Shown: positions 57,576 through 64,000 of the stretch, in pieces
Numbering within the stretch: position 1 is the stretch's first letter
How the letters are laid out: the number at the start of each line of letters is the position of its first letter
Assembly: GCA_963708985.1 (NCBI GenBank)
Contig: CAVPUQ010000002.1
Span: forward strand, 155,240-219,239
DNA: 64,000 nucleotides
Source: an uncultured Actinomycetes bacterium
GTDB taxonomy: Bacteria; Actinomycetota; UBA4738; HRBIN12
Direction of reading: 5' to 3'
The notes under the pieces: model-generated
What the model was told of the DNA's origin: nothing
Databases searched by the model: none
What the model saw: only the letters and a program-made list of their open reading frames with translations
Made by a program: the position numbers and the translations under genes

Positions 57576-59598
57576 CTAGCGGGTGGGCACGGCGGGCGGT
57601 CGGTCCGCCCCCACCGAGCGGGCAAGGATCTGGGCGACGTCGAGCACCTCGGTCGCGTCGCCGCGGGCCCGGTGGCCGTCGTCGAGCATGATCAGGCAGT
57701 ACGGGCAGGCGACGCCGACCGTGTCTACCCCGGTCGAAGCTGCCTCGTCGGCCCGTTCCTGGTTGATCCGCTTGCCGATCCGCTCCTCCATCCACATCCG
57801 GGCACCACCCGCCCCGCAACACAGAGCGCGCTCACCGTGGCGGGGCATCTCGACCGTCCGGACGCCGGGAACGCGCTCGAGCAATGCCCGGGGTTCCCGG
57901 AAGATGCCGTTGTGTCGGCCGAGGTAGCAGGGGTCGTGGTACGCGAGCAGCGCGTCCGACCTGCTCCACGGGCTGCAGGCGCCCCTCCTGCACGAGCCGC
58001 GCCAGGAGCTCCGTGTGGTGCAGGACCTCGAAACCCCCACCGTACTGCGGGTACTCGTTGCGGAGCGTGTTGAAGCAGTGCGGGCAGTTCGCGACGATGG
58101 TGGTGACCCCGGCGCCGCTCAGGGTTGCGACGTTCTGCTCGGCGAGGGTCTGGAACAGGTACTCGTTGCCCATCCGCCGGGCAGGGTCTCCCGTGCAGAG
58201 CTCGCGCGGGCCGAGGATCGCGAACGAGACCCCCGCCGTCGCAAGGATCCTCGCGAGCGCTTGAGTGATCTTCTTGGCTCGGTCGTCGAAAGAGCCGGCG
58301 CATCCCACCCAATACAGGACCTCCGGTGGGTCGTCGCCTTCGGTGAGCACGCGGACGTCGAGCCCGTCGGCCCACGCGGCACGTGTCGACTGCGGCATCC
58401 CCCACGGGTTGTTCGTGTTCTCGAGATTGCGCAGCAACGCTCCCGCCTCTTGCGGGAAGCGCGACTCACCCATCACGAGGTTGCGACGCAGGTCAACGAT
58501 CGTGTCGACGTGCTCGATGTCCACCGGGCACTCCTGCATGCAGGCCCCGCACGTCGTGCACGCCCACACGACCTCCTCTGCGACGACGTTCGGCACCAGC
58601 GGGGTCGCCTCGTAGGGCTCTCCGCGTCCCCGGGCGACCAAGATCGCCGGGCCCTCCGCGAAGAGCTGGTCGCGGAGGTCCATGACGAGCAGCTTGGGCG
58701 AGAGCGGCTTACCCGTGTTCCAGGCGGGGCACGCGCTCTGGCACCGCCCGCACTCGGTGCAGGAGTAGAGGTCGAGCAGCTCCTTGCGCGTGAGGTCGGT
58801 GATGGTCGCAGCCCCGAGGGATTGCTCCCCGGCCTCGAGGGCTTCCATGCTGATCGGCAGCGGCGTCAGGGCTCCTCGCGGCTTCGTGCTCGCGAAGAAC
58901 ACGTTGATGAAGCTCGTGGCGACGTGCAGGTGCTTCGAGTAGGTGAGGAACACGAGGAACCCGAAGACCAGCATCAGGTGTGCCCACAGGAACACCTGCT
59001 CGAGTGCGAATAGCCACGTCTCGGACATGTCCTCGAACGGCTGCGCGAACAGGTTCGACACCGGGGTCCATGCGACCGACGACTCGTTGATGCCCTGCGC
59101 GATCCGCATGCCGTTCGCGAGGAACAACGTGAGGACGACCCAGCCGATCCAAACCAAGATCCTGTACGCCTCGCGTGTGTGGCTCCCGACGAAGCGCTCG
59201 GGGCGCTGGATGAGCCGGATCCACAGGGCCATCGCGAGGCCGACCGCGACGAGCCCCGCGAAGAGGTCCTGGACGAGCCCAAGCCAGGCTGTGCGTCCCA
59301 CCCAGGGGAGCGCGAAGTCCGGGGCGATGACCTGACCCGCCGCTTCCGCGATGGTGGTGAGCAGGACCAGGAAGCCCCAGAAGATCAAGGCGTGCATCAG
59401 CCCAGGCACGAAGCGCTGGAAGAGCTTGCGCTGGCCGAGCACGTGGGAGCCCTCACGGGCAAGGCGTCTCGGCAGGTCACCCGACCGGTCCACCGGCCGC
59501 CCGAGCGCGTTCAGCTGGCCGAGCAGCCGAGCGCGGCGGGCGAACAGGCCGCCGGTCAGCAGGACGATCACCGCCAGGGCGCCGGCACGCACGATCAT
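57576..59598 (-). pseudogene. Membrane-bound HdrED/DsrMK-like fusion: NarI-type heme-b membrane domain, 2x[4Fe-4S] ferredoxin and two CCG domains. Frameshift at about 57990
   Basis: 6 N-terminal TM helices with conserved His (FWGFLVLL..., WAHLMLVFG). The ferredoxin domain reads CTECGRCQSACP and CTTCGACMQECP. CCG domain 1 reads YWVGCAGSFD...CTGD...ANCPHC. Shift, then CCG domain 2 reads AYHDPCYLGRHNG...CCGAGG...CPYC. Confidence 0.65.
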
Positions 59599-59775
59599 CG
59601 GGCGCGAGTCTAGCCGGTCCCCTCGACCGGCGCTGCGAGGACGGAACGGGGGTCCGGGAGCCAGAGTTGATAGTCAGACACTCAAGTTTTATCCTGTCTC
59701 CAGACTGAGAGAGCGGGCCGGGTCCAGACTCGAGAGAGCGGGCCGGGTGGAGAGCGAGAGCTGAGGAGGAAGTCG

Positions 59776-61631
<1,856 letters not shown>

Positions 61632-61632
<1 letters not shown>

Positions 61633-62088
61633 TGAGGGACACGATCGTTCGCTGGGATCCATTCCGTGACCTTGTCTCGATCCAGGACGAGCTGAACCGG
61701 CTCTTCGGCCGGACGTATGCCGGGGTCGAGCCCACCCGCCCGACGGCGACGGGCAGCTGGATGCCGTCGATGGACGTCTACGAGAGTGAGGACAAGATCG
61801 TCGCAACCGTCGATCTCCCGGGCATCGAGCCCGACCAGGTCGAGGTCGCCGTCGAGGACTCGACGCTCACGATCAGCGGTTCGCGTGAGTTCTCCTCCGA
61901 AGTGAAGGAGGAGAACTTCCACCGGGTCGAGCGGCGGTACGGCTCGTTCAGCCGCGCCATCTCCCTCCCGCAGACCGCGGATACCGACAAGGTCGAGGCC
62001 CACTTCGACAAGGGCGTCCTCGACCGTCGAGGTGCCGAAGGTCGAGAGGGCGAAGCCGAAGAAGATCCAGATCAAGGCGGAGGCATGA
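61632..62088 (+). pseudogene. Hsp20/alpha-crystallin small heat-shock protein; frameshift at about 62020
   Basis: MRDTIVRWDPFRDLVSIQDELNRLF...WMPSMDVYESEDKIVATVDLPGIEPDQVEVAVEDSTLTISGSRE...RRYGSFSRAISLP...KVEAHFDKGVLD. The canonical C-terminus VPKVERAKPKKIQIKAEA-TGA is in the +1 frame. Confidence 0.7.
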
Positions 62089-62699
62089 CGGACAAGCACC
62101 CGCGCAAGGACCAGGAACCGCAGGCGCGGCCGAAGGTCCGGATCGTCGACAAGCGACGGTTCCGCGAGTCGGGCCCGTCCCCGGAGGGGGAGATCGCCCC
62201 CTCCGGGGAGCCCCGTCCCGAGCTGCCGCCGGAGACGACGGCCGACCTGGAGGACGAGCTCACGCAGGCGCAGCGCCAGGCCGAGGAGTACCGCGACCAC
62301 CTCCAGCGTCTGCAGGCCGAGTTCGACAACTACCGGAAACGAGTGCTGAAGGAGCAGACCCGGGCGGTGGAGATGGCCGCCCAGCCGGCGGTGCTTCGGC
62401 TGCTCGAGGTCCTGGACGACTTCGACCTCGCGCTCATGGCGGCCGAGCAGCAACCCGACTTCGAGAAGTTCCACAAGGGCGTCGAGCTCGTGTACGCGAA
62501 GCTCGCCGACGCGCTGCGCGCCGAAGGCGTCGAGCGCATCGAGGCCGAGGGTAGGCCGTTCGACCCCATCGAGCACGAGGCCCTGATGCAGACCGGCGGC
62601 GGCGAGGGTGAGCCGCACGTCGCCGAGGTGTTCCGCCAGGGTTACCGCCTGAAAGGCAGCGTCATCCGCCCCGCCAGCGTCCGCGTCGAACGGTCGTAG
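62085..62699 (+). CDS. grpE: Nucleotide exchange factor GrpE
   Basis: 204 aa: ...EYRDHLQRLQAEFDNYRKRVLKEQ..., ...PFDPIEHEALMQ... Its ATG overlaps the hsp20 stop (ATGA). Confidence 0.85.
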   Translation: MTDKHPRKDQEPQARPKVRIVDKRRFRESGPSPEGEIAPSGEPRPELPPETTADLEDELTQAQRQAEEYRDHLQRLQAEFDNYRKRVLKEQTRAVEMAAQPAVLRLLEVLDDFDLALMAAEQQPDFEKFHKGVELVYAKLADALRAEGVERIEAEGRPFDPIEHEALMQTGGGEGEPHVAEVFRQGYRLKGSVIRPASVRVERS

Positions 62700-62710
62700 G
62701 AGAGGGCGCG

Positions 62711-63870
62711 TGAACGGCGACGTCAAGCGCGAGTGGTTCGAGAAGGACTTCTACCAGATCCTCGGTGTGGCGAAGAACGCCACGCACGCCGAGATCAAGA
62801 AGGCCTACCGCAAGCTCGCGCAGAGGTATCACCCGGACGCGAACCCCGGGAGCAAGGAGGCCGAAGATCGGTTCAAGGAGATCTCGGCCGCCTACGACGT
62901 CGTCGGCGACGAGGAGAAGCGCAGGCGTTACGACCAGGTGCGTGACATGGCCGCATCGGGCTACGGCGGCGGGATGCAGGGCGGGGGGTTCCCAGGCGGC
63001 GCCCGGGTCCGGTTCGAGGACATGGGCGACATCGGCGACATCGGCGATCTGTTCGGCGGGTTGTTCGGCGGAGGTCGACGCGGGCGGACTCGCTCGAGCG
63101 TGCGCCGTGGCGCCGACCTCGAGACCGACGTGACCGTCACGTTCGAGGACGCGATGGCCGGTACCGCGGTACCAGTGAAGATCCAGGGACGGGCGCCGTG
63201 CTCGACATGCGGCGGCAGCGGCGCCGCACCCGGCTCGAGCCCTGTGACGTGCCCGCAGTGCGGCGGACGTGGCGAGATCAGCGTGAACCAGGGTTTCTTC
63301 CAGATGGAGCAGCCGTGTCCGCGCTGCAACGGGACCGGCCGTGCCGTCGAGCAGGCGTGCCCGACCTGTCGCGGGATGGGCTCGGAGCGCCGGACCCGTA
63401 GCTTCCAGGTCAAGATACCCGCCGGCGTGAAGGACGGCGCCCGGGTCAAGCTCGCGGGACGCGGCGAGCCCGGGCCGGCGGGCGCGCCTTCCGGTGACCT
63501 GTACGTGCGGGTGCACGTGCGATCGCATCCGTTCTTCGGGCGCAGAGGCAACGACCTGACCGTCCAGGTCCCGGTCACGTACACGGAAGCGGCGCTGGGC
63601 GCGAACATCGAGGTGCCGACGCTCGACGGTGCGATCACGATGAAGGTGCCGGCGGGGACCCCCTCGGGCAAGACGTTCCGCCTGAAGGGCAAGGGTGCGC
63701 CCCGCAAAGGCGGTGCCGGGGACATGCTCGTGACCGTCGGCGTGGAGGTCCCCACGAAGCTCTCGAAGGGGGAACGCGAGCTCTTGCGACAGCTGAAGGA
63801 GGCCGAGACCGCGGTCGCCCCGACGTCGTCTCGGCGTGGAGGCGTGAGGACGTGGACGAGCGACGAGACG
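62711..63870 (+). CDS. dnaJ: Molecular chaperone DnaJ. No in-frame stop in the given sequence, so the 3' end is uncertain
   Basis: GTG start. The J-domain reads DFYQILGVAKNATHAEIKKAYRKLAQRYHPDAN. A G/F-rich region follows, then four CxxCxGxG zinc-finger repeats (CSTCGGSG, CPQCGGRG, CPRCNGTG, CPTCRGMG) and the C-terminal beta domains. The frame reads on into hspR. Confidence 0.75.
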
Positions 63871-63933
63871 CGAGCCGAGGAGCGGGCCGAGGAGACGGAG
63901 CTCGGGCTGGGGTTCCCCAGGAGGAGCGTGCGG

Positions 63934-64000
63934 TGTACATCATCAGCGTCGCCGCGGAGCTCGCCGGTGTGCATCCGCAAACGCTGCGTATCTACGAGCG
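63934..64000 (+). CDS. hspR: HspR (MerR family heat-shock repressor), N-terminus only; gene runs off the window edge
   Basis: AGGAGGAG RBS then GTG. VYIISVAAELAGVHPQTLRIYE is the MerR-type HTH typical of HspR downstream of dnaJ. Confidence 0.6.

Overview
High-GC (~70%+) window whose gene order looks actinobacterial on synteny grounds (rpsF-ssb-rpsR-rplI-dnaB; dnaK-hsp20-grpE-dnaJ-hspR; DUF5318-ponA1-like; tad/ssd-like pilus locus). The first ~19.5 kb is one minus-strand block of Wood-Ljungdahl genes.

Reading 5'->3' on the minus strand:
- a small HMA-fold protein and the CODH catalytic subunit (acsA/cooS)
- ACS (acsB), CoFeSP small and large subunits (acsD, acsC), the corrinoid reductive activase (RACo) and the methyltransferase acsE
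- a NuoE-like protein fused to the N-terminal FAD half of HdrA, a NuoF/HydB-like NADH-binding flavoprotein, and a 1078-aa HdrA-like protein with an N-terminal NuoG-like [2Fe-2S] domain
- mvhD and metV in one reading frame with no stop between them, then metF, hdrC and hdrB (truncated at the window edge)

This predicts an NAD(H)-linked, flavin-based electron-bifurcating methylene-THF reductase module wired directly to the carbonyl branch, which I have not seen described for this lineage.

The rest of the window holds:
- a TetR regulator with palindromic operators
- tRNA-Sec and an AmmeMemoRadiSam-like radical SAM enzyme
- a PadR regulator, a HAD hydrolase, an M15 peptidase, an ECF sigma / anti-sigma pair and an aminotransferase
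- a complete tad/flp pilus locus
- a class A PBP with a (PTG)n tail
- two-component systems and two GT-C-like membrane glycosyltransferases
- panB, the rpsF-ssb-rpsR-rplI-dnaB block
- a heme-copper oxidase whose subunit II lacks the CuA motif
- nth and a GNAT acetyltransferase
- a secreted P-domain + 3xIPT/TIG protein
- tRNA-Gly(CCC), trpD and dcd
- an HdrED/DsrMK-like fused membrane protein
- dnaK-hsp20-grpE-dnaJ and the start of hspR

Many genes carry apparent +1 frameshifts at G/C homopolymers or CG repeats. These are heavily concentrated in acsB-acsD-acsC (about 10 in 4.3 kb), while long flanking genes (hdrA, acsA, nuoF-like, RACo, dnaK, ponA) are intact. The cause is either sequencing/assembly error or a decaying ACS/CoFeSP module.

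Several very long ORFs in the supplied track are GC-driven shadow or run-on frames and are rejected.
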